DNA of 64,000 bases from Selaginella moellendorffii (Eukaryota > Plantae > Lycopodiophyta). The DNA lies in assembly GCF_000143415.4 (NCBI RefSeq), contig NW_003314281.1, positions 1,899,882-1,963,881 on the forward strand, in the 5' to 3' direction. Below the pieces are notes generated by a model that worked only from the letters and a program-made list of their open reading frames with translations, was not told the DNA's origin and searched no databases. A program made the translations under genes and the position numbers. Below, piece by piece: positions 1-10,947 of this stretch (position 1 is the first letter of the stretch; each line of letters opens with the position of its first letter).

Positions 1-47
1 TTTCTTTCTTCCTCCGGCCAACTCTGTTCTTTGTTTCTCTCTTGCAG

Positions 48-358
48 CGTTTCTTTGTGCTGGGCTCGTTTCGCTGGATGTGGAGCTCCAGCCCGAGGTA
101 ACTCTGCGATTGTTGCTTCTCTGGCTGCCGCTGCTGTGTAGAACCAGCCATGCAATCGACGAGACGACGCTGAGCTCCTCGGATAAGATCGACACGGAGC
201 AAATCCTGTCCAAAGTCATCCAGCGCCTGCCCGATTCTTACCAGGAGCTTGTTCTCGCGATGTGGCTCACCGAGTACGTTGGTTCCTCGTCCGACTGGCC
301 AAACATCCAAGGCTGCTACCACGGCTGGTGCCAGTCGACCCGCAAGCTCTACTATTGA
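48..358 (+). CDS. Last exon of a gene entering from the left edge; conserved plant protein with C-terminal WLPLLCR...SSDWPN motifs (BTB/POZ-associated-like family, tentative)
   Basis: Pyrimidine-rich acceptor ...cttgcag at 41-47, then an open frame FLCAGLVSLDVELQPEVTLRLLLLWLPLLCR...DWPNIQGCYHGWCQSTRKLYY* ending at 358. Confidence 0.6.
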
Positions 359-459
359 TGAGAATAAGTATTCTTTGATATTGTTCGCGAGAAGAGGTAC
401 GTAGGATTTCCTGTAAGTATTTGAAGCGGTTTAATGTCCATTGGTGTGTTTTTGCGTTC

Positions 460-2172
460 TTATAACTCGGTGACGGTCTTGCCATGGACGAATTTCAGTG
501 CCATGACGACGGTTTTGAGCAGTGCCACTGCCGCAGTGGAGAGATTTTCTAAGAATTCTTCAGTTGTGGGCCGCACGCCGTCGACGATGTCAGTGACTGA
601 CTTGAGAAGAATCGCTGGAACTGACAGGAGATTTGTCACGTACACGACTGCTGCTCCCTGCGAAGAACGAAACGAGTTAAAAACAAAGGCAAGCTTTTGA
701 ATTTGCGCTTTGCCTCCATGTCTTTGATGGAGGCGTCGTTCGATTTGATTAGCTGCTCGTCTTGCTGGGTCATGTCTAAAGAGTTTCCAGTCGAGAGGTT
801 GCCTTCCTGATAAAAGAGAGAGAGCTTATAAGAAACTAAAGCATGCTTGTAGAGTCAACCTTGAAACCAAGAGCAGCGATCATGTTTGGGACTGCGGTAC
901 ACTTTGTGGTGGCAATGCCATACGTATCAAAGATCTGGAACAACAAGGAAGAAAAGAACGGAGGATCAAATTAAAAAGTTATAAGAGGGACGCACCGGGA
1001 TGGGGATTCTTCGATCGTGATAGGCTACTTGAGTCGCGAGAAAAACGTCTCCAACGCAAGCTCCTTTTGCCTGGAGGTTTGTAAAAGGAATTCGATCGAT
1101 CCACCACCAATGCAAGCTTATCATTCGTCACCTTGAATCCGCCGGCAGTTCCAGCATTGATCACCAGGTCGGGTTGTAGAGCCTGGATCGCCGCGAATGT
1201 CGCAAGAGCTAATGGTACAGTTCCTACGTTGTCTACTCCTGCCAAGAACACAAACTACTTCAAAAACTTTGTTTTAAGAAAATCACGAAGCACGGAAACT
1301 AAACAACAATTACTTCAAGCATGAGAAGAACCAAACTTTCAAGTTACCAAAGAAAATCACGATGAGAATTTCTTCAAGCATGAGAAGAACCAAAACTATC
1401 AAGTTACCAAAGAAAATCACGATGGAAACTAAACAAAAATTTCTTCAAGCATGAGAAGAACCAAACTATGAAGTTACCAAAATCACAACCACGAGAAATA
1501 AATCCAAACTATCATAGATAGACTAGCTAAGAACACAAAGGTAACTTGCCACAAAATTTCTTGAAGCATGAGAAGAACCAAACTATCAAGTTACCAAATC
1601 ACAACCACGAGAAATAAATCCAAACTATCATAGATAGACTTGCTAAGAACACAAAGATAACTTGCCACAAAATTTTTTCCAAGAGAAAGAACCAAACTGT
1701 CAAGTTACCACCACCACGAGAAATAAATCCAAACTATCATAGGACTTGCTAAGAACACGAAGAATCTATTGCTAAAACACAAAGAGCAACAAGAACACCA
1801 AGCAAGAGAAACAAAGAAAGACTCGCGTACCAAAAATGGGGCATTTCCCAGGCACTACCACATCAATGTCGAGTAGTCCCTCTTCCAGGCTCCCAGTGTA
1901 TCGGATCCACGGCACGCCCTTTGGAAAACTGATCCAAGCAAGAGCACAGAAGTGATCCAAATCCGAGCTAAGACGAGCAGTGCGAGGGATTTTGGGGGCT
2001 TACATTGCCGAATCGGCCTGAGTGAGCTTGAGCACATCCACGATCGGCATCGCCTCGGCGTGCATTGCTTAAGGGACGCTGTGATCAGGACGATCCATCG
2101 ACATAGCAAGGACTTACCGATCACAAGGAGGACTCTCTGGATTGGCTTCGCCGGATTGATCGAGTTCTCCAT
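460..2172 (-). CDS. MTN: 5'-methylthioadenosine/S-adenosylhomocysteine nucleosidase (multi-exon)
   Basis: Exon peptides MENSINPAKPIQRVLLVI, FPKGVPWIRY, GVDNVGTVP...PDLVINAGTAGGFK, STGNSLDMT, DASIKDMEGAAV, KSVTDIVDGVRPTTEEFLENL; GT-AG introns. Confidence 0.93.
1294..1760. repeat. Imperfect tandem repeat array (59-118 bp units) inside the 592-bp MTN intron (1239-1830)
   Basis: Core caagcatgagaagaaccaaact..caagttacca recurs near 1316, 1375, 1446, 1563 and 1680; ccacgagaaataaatccaaactatcatag...gctaagaacac recurs three times. Confidence 0.85.
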
Positions 2173-2212
2173 TTTGAAAAACCCTAAGTGATATTTTGGG
2201 GTTTTACACGAA

Positions 2213-4266
2213 ATGGAGGATGGCGATGGCGATGGCGCCAAGTCTCTCGGCGCTCTCGTCGTGGCGCCGGGCGCGCCATCGCCAGATTTTCTCCTCTTCG
2301 ACAGCAGTGGAGAAATCCGGCTCCAGGGCGAGCGCAAGCGGCGTAGGAGGCGGCTAGGTTTCGTGAAATCCATCGCCAGGTTCGTGTCCAGGCAGCTCAG
2401 GAACGCGAATCGCTATGTCGACCCGGTCTTGCTCGTTCCGAGCGATCGAGGAGGCTGCCGGCTCCATTACAGCGAGATTTTCCACCGGAAATGCCTCTCT
2501 TGCAATGCTGGCCCAGGTTTGGAGTTTAATAGAGCGGCGATCTCAGTTCTTAGCCGGTGTGGCGCGGCTACGTCTTGGAATTCCGGGAATGTGAGACTTA
2601 AAAGCCAGGAGCTGGAAAAAGTGAGCAAGCTTGGAGATATTGATCGCAGCAGCAGTGATGGTGTCAGTGTTTCTACGACGATGGTTAATTCTAGCTTGCT
2701 GGACGAACTGGTCGACGACGATCAAAGTAGATTTTCCCAGCTTCAAGAGATGTCAGTTTCTTCTGCCCAGGTCCAAAGCATGCCATCTTCGACGCAAGAT
2801 TTGGGCGTCAAGCTCGCCGAGAACTTAAGCTTGGCGCCTGTGCCGAACGAACCAAAGTCTACAAACGTGAAGCTCGGTGAAGAGCTGGTGGCAGAAGAGA
2901 AGCGGAAGAATGCAAGTTGCGGCAAAAATCACGCGGTTGCTGGTGCTCTTGCTGGAGTTTTTGTGAGCTTGTGCTTGCATCCTCTCGACACCGTCAAGAC
3001 CGTGATCCAGTCCAAGAACACCGGGAAGCAAGCGATCTTGCCGATTGTTGCGTCCATTGTATCTACAAGGGGTACGTACTTTCGAAGTGCTCTTGCTTTT
3101 CTTCTGTGGAGATTAGTGATAATTCTTTTGTTTAGTTTTGCAGGTGTCTCTGGTTTGTACAGAGGTTTAGGAAGCAATCTCGCGTCGTCGGCCCCTATAT
3201 CGGCAATCTACACGTTTACGTATGAAACCATGAAAGCGGCGTTGTTACCACGCCTTCCAGAGGTAACGCACACAATCACTGGAAACCGTAACCATTTATA
3301 ACTTCGATTGTTTTCCTATGTAGGAATACCACTCGCTCGCTCATTGCGCTGCCGGGGGCTGTGCAAGCATCGCTACGTCTCTTGTTTACACACCAAGTGA
3401 GCGTGTGAAGCAGCAAATGCAAATTGGAGCAGTGTATCGAAATAGCTGGTGGGTTTTCAGTATTCTCTGCTGCTCACGTATTAGAAACCATGGATGGTAG
3501 GCTGGCTTTTGTTGGGATTCTACAAAGAGGAGGCTTTCCGGCGCTGTATGCAGGATGGGAAGCCGTCCTCTGCCGCAATGTTCCGCAATCGGTTATCAAA
3601 GTGAGCTGCATTGCCTTGGGCTTTTGAGTTTTCCTCAACGCTTTGAAACAGTTCTTCACGTACGAAGCTTTGAAGCACCGTGTTCTTCGTGATTCTCCTC
3701 CGGACACGCATCTCACAAATTTGCAGACGGTAAGGACAAGATGTTCACATCACTTCGAGCGTGATAACAGATTGTCTGGGTATGGAAAAATCTTCAGCTC
3801 GCGTGTGGAGGACTTGCAGGATCGACGGCAGCCTTATTTACCACACCTTTTGACGTGGTGAAGACAAGATTGCAGACACAGGTATCTTTGACTGCAAAGT
3901 TTCTTTCCTTCACGTTAACTTGGGCGATTTCTTTCTTCCAGACAATCGGATCGCAACATCAATACAGCAGCGTCTTAAATGCCTTGCAGATGATAACCAG
4001 AGACGAAGGCATTCGAAGTTTATACAGGTAAAGAGCTCGATCAAAAACTAGTAGCGACTTTGCGCGATTGATCCTTCTTCGCTTCCAGGGGTCTCATCCC
4101 GAGGCTGGCGATCTACGTCTCGCAGGGAGCGCTGTTCTTCGCGTCCTACGAGTTTTTCAAGAGGGCTCTGGCGATGGAAGCGCGAAACTATCAAACCCCA
4201 AAGAGCATTTCTTCCGACGGCTCGGAGGCTAGCCGCCGGAGACGAGCTCTTTTGAGCGCCGCGTGA
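2213..4266 (+). CDS. Mitochondrial carrier family (SLC25) protein with long N-terminal extension; SAM-carrier-like group
   Basis: Three Solcar repeats with the Px[DE]xxK signature: HPLDTVKT, TPSERVKQQMQ, TPFDVVKTRLQ; GLYRG motifs; spliced; TGA at 4264-4266. Confidence 0.9.
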
Positions 4267-4459
4267 TTAATTAGTGAGTTTAAGGCTAACGGAAATGATT
4301 TATAGTTAACCAGCCTGCCACGTCGTTCCCGCTGGTCCTGGAAATTTGAATCCTCGTTTTTTGTATACGTTGAGCTCAAAGAAGGGGGAAGAGAAGAGGG
4401 AAGAGAAGAGGAGGGAAGATTTTTAGGGCGTGGCACGGCGGTGAGCTCCAGAGGGCCCG

Positions 4460-5536
4460 ATGGCGGAGGAGGGAGGAGCGATCGTGACAAAGGCGGCGGC
4501 GGCGGCTCTTGCTCCTCCTCCTCCTCCTCCGTGCGCTGAGGGCAAGGAGAATGTGGCTCCAGACGGCGAGAAAGGGATCATTGGAAGCCCTCTTCCCGAT
4601 GGATTTCCTCGCAGGCCGCTCCAGGATATCACTCAGGTGCTCGAATCGGACAATGTAAGCGTAAGGCTAGAGTGTAGATCTTTAGGTAGGAAGGCACTGT
4701 TTCATCGACTGTTTTTGAGTGGATGTGGAGTATTTTCGATGGAACAGTGTGTTTGCCTGTGTAGATGGTCTCTTTTTTATTCTTGGTTTCTTCTTTGTAG
4801 GTGGCCTCTTTCGTTTTCTTCTTTCTTTTGGTTTTAAAAGTGGGCTGCCTTGACTCTACAGAGAACCGAGAGCATAACGATCACTTGCACTGGACAGTCC
4901 AAAACAACTCGGGCCAAGAAAGGTACAACAAAAACTACGACGACATGCAAGGTAGTGTTGGCTTTTGCTGTGCAAATCACTGCTGATCGATGTGCTCTCG
5001 TCACAGGGCAAAGAAAACAGACGTTGCAAGTCGCGAACGGGCCTCGAGCAAGGTATGATCACGATAGGCAGACATGTCTCATTCCACAGCACAGTGCTAA
5101 ATCGATTTCCCTCTTGCTTTTTTAATCCTTCCAGTGGTACTTGTCACGAGCTCCAAGATGCAGCAGGCCGAAGGCGATTCTCCTACAGTGGTGAGATCTC
5201 CACAATGCCTTTGAAGCTTAGCGCTTGGCAATATCTAACTAGTGTTGGATTTCGAAACAGGAAACCTTGGACGACATAAAACAAGCGCACACGCCGTCGC
5301 AATCCACAGTTCACTCAGAGCAAACTACAAGTCGCTCCAGACACAGCGATGGCGAAAAACAAGAGGATGCCGCAGCAGAGGGTACGCTCCAACCGGGTGC
5401 CGCGGCTCTAGGCGACGAAGGGGAAGATTCCGGTGTGGTTTTGCGGAAAAAGAAGAGGAAATCTCAGGCACAAGCACAGGCAACGGCAGCCGCGAAGCCA
5501 AAACACAACAAGAGCAGCATTCTCAAATTCAGGTGA
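4460..5536 (+). CDS. UVI4/PYM/GIG1(OSD1)-like APC/C regulator (multi-exon, mostly disordered)
   Basis: KEN box (GKENVAP); SPLPDGFPRRPLQDIT resembles the LPSWYPRTPLRDIT D-box motif of UVI4/OSD1; second GKEN in an internal exon; C-terminal ...SILKFR* tail analogous to an MR/IR tail. Confidence 0.6.
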
Positions 5537-6545
5537 CCAACTTGGTCCCCTTGTCTCAACTTCATCTGATTAAAAAAAAGTGCCTAAAGTGCTTAGGACT
5601 AAATCTTAGTTGAGCTTGAAACTATTAGTTGTACATCTCTTGAATCAGCATATTTGATTTAAACTTCTAGAGGTCTTGCATACAGAATCGGAGAAATAGT
5701 AGAAAAAATAACTCCTATAGAGATGCTAATGTAATGCCCACTAGCATAAAAACTATTATGCTAATAAAATGAGTATGTAATCCACTAATATTAACATTGT
5801 GCAGAAGAACACTCTTATGGCTCTAGGATTCCCAAGGAGACACCTTCCGGCTTGTATGATTGTGGGTGGGGCTCTCTTTCTCTTCGTCACCTTTTGGAAT
5901 GGGTGGGGTCCTGGCCAAACATTCCATCTACAATAGAAAAAGTAGCATTTATTGTTAAATTAAAAGAGAAAATGTTCTTTGTCAAGCACAATACTGATGG
6001 AATGAATCAAATAATATTTCTGTGCTCATGCTTTGCATTTGTGTTATCTAATGAAGTGAAATATGTTTTTTCTTTACAATTTATTTTATACTTTTACAGG
6101 GCTGCATGTACCGCAAGCAACAATAGAAGTGTTGCTAAATTGTCAAAACAAATTTTAAACTCACGATCTATATTAGAAATATACACAACAATCTTTTTCT
6201 AATGTAAAAAACAATTAAAAGGATGCTGTGTCTCTTTTGCAGCTTTTTCTTCCTCTCCTTATCTATGTGATCTTTTAAGCCACTAGCCAACAATTGATAG
6301 ATCTACTGGTGTGTCGCATTTTTCCACCACTTTTTCTTTGTTACAGATCATAAGAGCCTTGATCTTCTTGATAGCAATTGAAGGCATCCACAAACTGATC
6401 TCTTCAGGATCATACATCGATACAAGTGATATGGACTTGTTCCAGTAGAAATCTACGTAGCCAGATCAAAAAAGAGAGAAACAAACAAGTAGAAATTGAC
6501 AAGAAAAGGCGATAAAAAGGTTAAAGAAAAGGCAAACAACTCTTT

Positions 6546-6959
6546 CTACCTTGTGTGACCAGTCCACAGGTACCTTCCCTTCTTCCAGCACACGACGATC
6601 CTCTTGTGGCACAGAAGCTGATCGATGGGAACGTAAACAGGGGAAGTTTCCAAGTTGATCATGTTCAAGTAGTGGTGATACCGGTGGTGGTCGTGGTGGC
6701 GATCGGGGATCTCCTCCTCCTCCTCCTCGCCATAGACCATGACGAGCGCGGCGTTGTGGCGGCTCGCATCGTCCAGCTCCAGCCGGATCACTGCCGTCGA
6801 CCACGGCTCGATTTGGTACCGCATCTCTTGCCTCCAAATGCCCCTTCCTTCCTTGAGCAGCAGCGTTCGATCGGTTTGATTCTCGATCATGGTTAGAACG
6901 TAGCCGGAATTGGGACTGGAGGAGCTCCCGCTGCCACTGTTGCTACTGCTGCTTGCCAT
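6546..6959 (-). CDS. Small intronless protein (137 aa) resembling a seed-free-plant family with an N-terminal TxIxNxTxxxLxLKEG motif
   Basis: ATG-initiated, GC-richer ORF in AT-rich surroundings; TMIENQTDRTLLLKEG motif; Glu/His-rich insert. Confidence 0.55.
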   Translation of the reverse strand: MASSSSNSGSGSSSSPNSGYVLTMIENQTDRTLLLKEGRGIWRQEMRYQIEPWSTAVIRLELDDASRHNAALVMVYGEEEEEEIPDRHHDHHRYHHYLNMINLETSPVYVPIDQLLCHKRIVVCWKKGRYLWTGHTR

Positions 6960-9083
6960 TTCTCTATGCTCTTCGTGAATTGATATCTATGTATCGCGAG
7001 CACGCTAGGTACTATAAGGTAGAGTGTAGTATCTTAAGAACTTATCTACAACTCATGGAAATTCACACACATACACTGAGGAGATTCTCGGATTCTTGGA
7101 TCATCAAGCTCAAGCTGTGAGTTGCTAGAGAGAAATGTGTGCGTTTTCCAGAATAACTCTGGATCTTCAATGTATGTTCCTCTTTAAATTGTTTCAAGCA
7201 AAGCAGAGAGGAAGAGAACCAACAAAAGGGACAAAAATAAGAGGAAAATGGAGAAGCAAGGGAATGTTGTCACAATGAGGTAATGCCCTTGTGTACATAT
7301 TGTGTGTATTTATATGTGGAAATAGTTACCACCACGTAAATCGTTCTTTTACCATGCAGGCGGCAGCCGCATGGTAGAAACAAAAAATAAAACCAGACCT
7401 TGTATTTCAAGTGGACAGAGTGAAAACACATCCCCCGGGGTAAAAAAATCTCCCTCAATTATTCAAGCCAAGTCATTAATTATTATTAATTAATTTAGAT
7501 TAGTTTTGATCTGTTGTGTTCTTTCTCTCCACATATGATGGAAGGGAGAGTCTTTATCTTGGCCAGCATGGCATCTAGCTGTTTGTCCCAACCAGTGCCA
7601 ATTTATGCCAGGCTTGTGGGGAGGAAAAGGGGAGAACCAATTTGGTTCTCCCTTGATGCAGGGAGTCCTTGTAAGCTCAAATCAAACCAAATATCTTGAC
7701 ATCTTCTCGCAAACAAGGACACACCATCACAGAAAAGCTAAAGGACCAAATGCATGAATTTCTACAAAGTCCAAACTGTGGGTGTTTGGGTGGTGCAAGC
7801 GAGCGCCCAGCGTGTATATTATTGTTTCTAGCCGGAATGGCGTGCAACACAAGAGACGAAGGCAACCAATTCAAAGAGTTTGGTGGCCAGGACACAAAAG
7901 ACTCGCCCCCGTACTTTTTTTCGACGTATATAAATACGTGAGGCTCCCAGTTGATGAGATAGACCCCCTGGATGCTGCCAATCATGATGCACGACGTAAG
8001 ATTCCCCGTAGTTATCAAATATCAATGGGATTAGCGCCAAAGTATATAAACTTTTTTACGAGCACACTAATCTCTAATAAATCTCTTTGGAGTCGTTATT
8101 CTATTTTATCTGATTATTTCTGCTGTTTTTCTTCCCCGCATTCATTGACTTGTTGCTCCCGGAAGCCAGTGGAGTGAATGAAAACAGTGTGATTCACCGA
8201 GCAAAGTTTACACGCAAACAGGACAGTTTGTTGACCTTGAAATTTCAAGGAGGGAAAGGGACAAGGTAAATAGATAAGTGATTTTGGATAAACAGAGAAA
8301 AAAGGAGAGAAAAGAAAGCACCACTACAAAAAATAATGGGTCCACAGCAGCATATTTTCTGGATTTTAAAGTTTTACCTTTGAATTTTCAAGTCAAGAGA
8401 TGGCAGAGCTCAGAGGTTCTTTTTGTTTTGCTTTCGTTGAGCTAAAAAGAATCGTTTGCTTCTCATTCACTCGTTTGGCATTATTAAACTGAATACGAAT
8501 CTAAGCCCAGCCAGCAGAGAGTTTATAATTCATCTTCATCACAGGGTGTTAGATCCAGTTTCAAGGTGATTTTACCATTGTAATCTTGTGGAATTATCAA
8601 ATTCCTTTTCCACTCTCATAGTGAGTCGCTAGAGAGGCGCGATGGTACGAACTCTACATTTGCAGGACGCAGGAATTGAGGTGGTGGAAGCTTACTTGAT
8701 GGATCGAAGCTGTTGAAGCATTCCTCCCTCACGCCACCTGAGAGAAAAAAGAGAGAAACACGTTTAGTTTCATCATGCGCATACATACATACATCCACGT
8801 CTTTGTAGCCGCCCCGAGACTAGCGTTACGTCACATGGAGGTTGCTTTGTCTGGCTGCGACTGGCAAAGATTCAAGCGTTACCTCCGTATTCGCGATCCC
8901 CAAGAAGAACTTGCTCATAGTCTTCCCTCGAGGAACGATCCATCGATCCATCGACTTGCTCGACGGAGAGCGAGAGCGCAGCGCACAGAACAGCAAGAAC
9001 CTGAGGTGAGGCAACGGTAGTAGTAATTGCTCTCTACGAAAAGGAGCAAAAAGCGTAAAAGAACCGCGTACCTTCGTACTAGC

Positions 9084-10490
9084 ATGGCGAACAAGCCAGT
9101 TCCATTGCTACCAGCAGCTGTGATGACGACGCTCCTGGCAGTAGCCGGAATAGCTTGGACGCTTCTCAGCAGCCAACGCTTGCCATCCGCTTACAACTAT
9201 TTCAAGTCCTTGTCTCCAGCTGTGCCTGCTGCTACCTTTGCAACCTTTCCTGCAGGCCTGTGCAATTGCTCCGTAGACTTTGGCGCCATCGGCACGCTTT
9301 CGAAGCCTCACGTCGAGTGCCAGTGCTCTGGAGCCAACTCCACCGCCCCCGACCCCATCGAGACAAAGGTTGTCCATGCTGAAGTGGAGAAGCCGTGTCC
9401 AAAACAACCCACCGTTGTCAAGTACGAGCCGTGGTGGGCCGAAGGCAAGACTTGGCACTATCCGGCAAAGTTCCCCAGGTGCTCCATGGACGCCTGCTTC
9501 AACTTCTCGCGCTGCTCCAACATGGACAACTTGATGGTCTTCACGTACGAGGACCACAACGCCCCTGTCCGCTACTTCACCAAGCTCAACGAGACCAGGT
9601 GGCATACCAAGGATCCGGAGAAGGCCTGCATCTTCATGGTCTTTCTGGACACTTCAAGTCCATGGCAGAAGCAGCCCCGGGACCTCCCACACTGGAACAA
9701 CGGCCTCAACCATGCGCTCGTGACTTTTGCTGACAAGTGGAGCCAGAGGGCGGTTGCCGAGGAGTCCATTGGCCTGGCGTCGTTGATCGTTTCGGAAGCT
9801 CACGAGACCATCTTCCGACCTGGCTTTGACATCAGCATCCCGCTTCCGCCTTTCTACCACTTCCATGAGTTCCAGAACCTGAAGCCGTTTGAGAGGAAGT
9901 ACTTCCTCACCTTCAAAGGACTCAGGTATATCGGCAGAGGAGAGGGCCTCCTTCGCAGCTTTGACAGCTTCCGAAACCTTCACAACGGTGCTGACATCGT
10001 CGTTGTAACTTCGTGCAAACACTTTGTCAACGATCTCAAGCGGAAGGAGAACAGTTCCCTGGGAGTCCACTGCGACGAGGATGAGAACCTGTACTCTCAG
10101 TACTCTTCCTTCTCGGATCTCATGAATACGACCTTTGGCCTCGTCCCTGCTGGTGTCCAACCAAACTCCTACAGATTTGGAGAGGTCCTCAGTGCCGGTG
10201 CAATACCAATCTTGATCGTCGACAACTACGTAAAACCGTTCAGTAATCTAGCCACCTGGTATCAGTGCCTGCTGCAATTCCCTTCCACCGAAATCCACCT
10301 CATTGTTGCAGCTCTGAGAGCCATGTCCACGGCTCACGTTGAGAAACGACAGCACGCGTGCTCGAAGATATATAGTAGGCACTTCCAGAGCGACTTGACC
10401 CTTCTAGAGAGTACCATCGCTGCTTTAGAAGAAAGATTTCTGGGTGCATTTCCAGCTTTCTCATCCCATTTGTCAGACCTGAACCTGTAA
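9084..10490 (+). CDS. Exostosin-family (GT47) glycosyltransferase, EXT1/EXT2-like; type II membrane protein; coding region intronless
   Basis: N-terminal TM segment; motifs CSMDACFNFSRC, WNNGLNH, FRPGFDISIPL, RKYFLTFKGLRY, LHNGADIVVVTSCKH, TFGLVPAG...SYRFGEVLSAGAIP. Confidence 0.9.
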   Translation: MANKPVPLLPAAVMTTLLAVAGIAWTLLSSQRLPSAYNYFKSLSPAVPAATFATFPAGLCNCSVDFGAIGTLSKPHVECQCSGANSTAPDPIETKVVHAEVEKPCPKQPTVVKYEPWWAEGKTWHYPAKFPRCSMDACFNFSRCSNMDNLMVFTYEDHNAPVRYFTKLNETRWHTKDPEKACIFMVFLDTSSPWQKQPRDLPHWNNGLNHALVTFADKWSQRAVAEESIGLASLIVSEAHETIFRPGFDISIPLPPFYHFHEFQNLKPFERKYFLTFKGLRYIGRGEGLLRSFDSFRNLHNGADIVVVTSCKHFVNDLKRKENSSLGVHCDEDENLYSQYSSFSDLMNTTFGLVPAGVQPNSYRFGEVLSAGAIPILIVDNYVKPFSNLATWYQCLLQFPSTEIHLIVAALRAMSTAHVEKRQHACSKIYSRHFQSDLTLLESTIAALEERFLGAFPAFSSHLSDLNL

Positions 10491-10947
10491 GTTCAAAGGA
10501 AATTTTGAAGCAAAAGAAAATAATAACCATGCACTGCTTACACATATGAAGACCGGATGGCTCACTAGACTTTCATAGCCTGGAAGAAACTAGCCATAAG
10601 TTTCGCAGACGAAAAACTAAAAATTCAAATAAAGAAGAAGAAGAAAACCACTGCTCACCGTTTGTCTTCGATAATCATACATACTATAGCTAGACATGGA
10701 CGAGAACAGAACAAAAGCAGTATACATATATTTGCATGATACGAGAACAACGCGGTTTGCAGCTTAAAAGTCTGTTTCATAGGCTTCAAAGCTGCTCCCT
10801 ACATTTTGCATGCTGCTCCACCAAAGAATTATGCTACAACAGACCTTGGTGTCGTATTTGCGCACTTACGGTTAACCCCGCTTTGACGAATGAAGTTCCT
10901 GCGTCAAAGCTGCAATGAATATAACTGAAACAAGTGTAGCATCTACC

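Noticed and set aside
1294-1760. Repeat array as a CRISPR-like locus
   Set aside because: Eukaryotic intron; the segments between repeats are themselves repeated; no cas genes.
7270-9020. Short ORFs upstream of the GT47 gene
   Set aside because: No homology cues; more likely promoter or a spliced 5' UTR.
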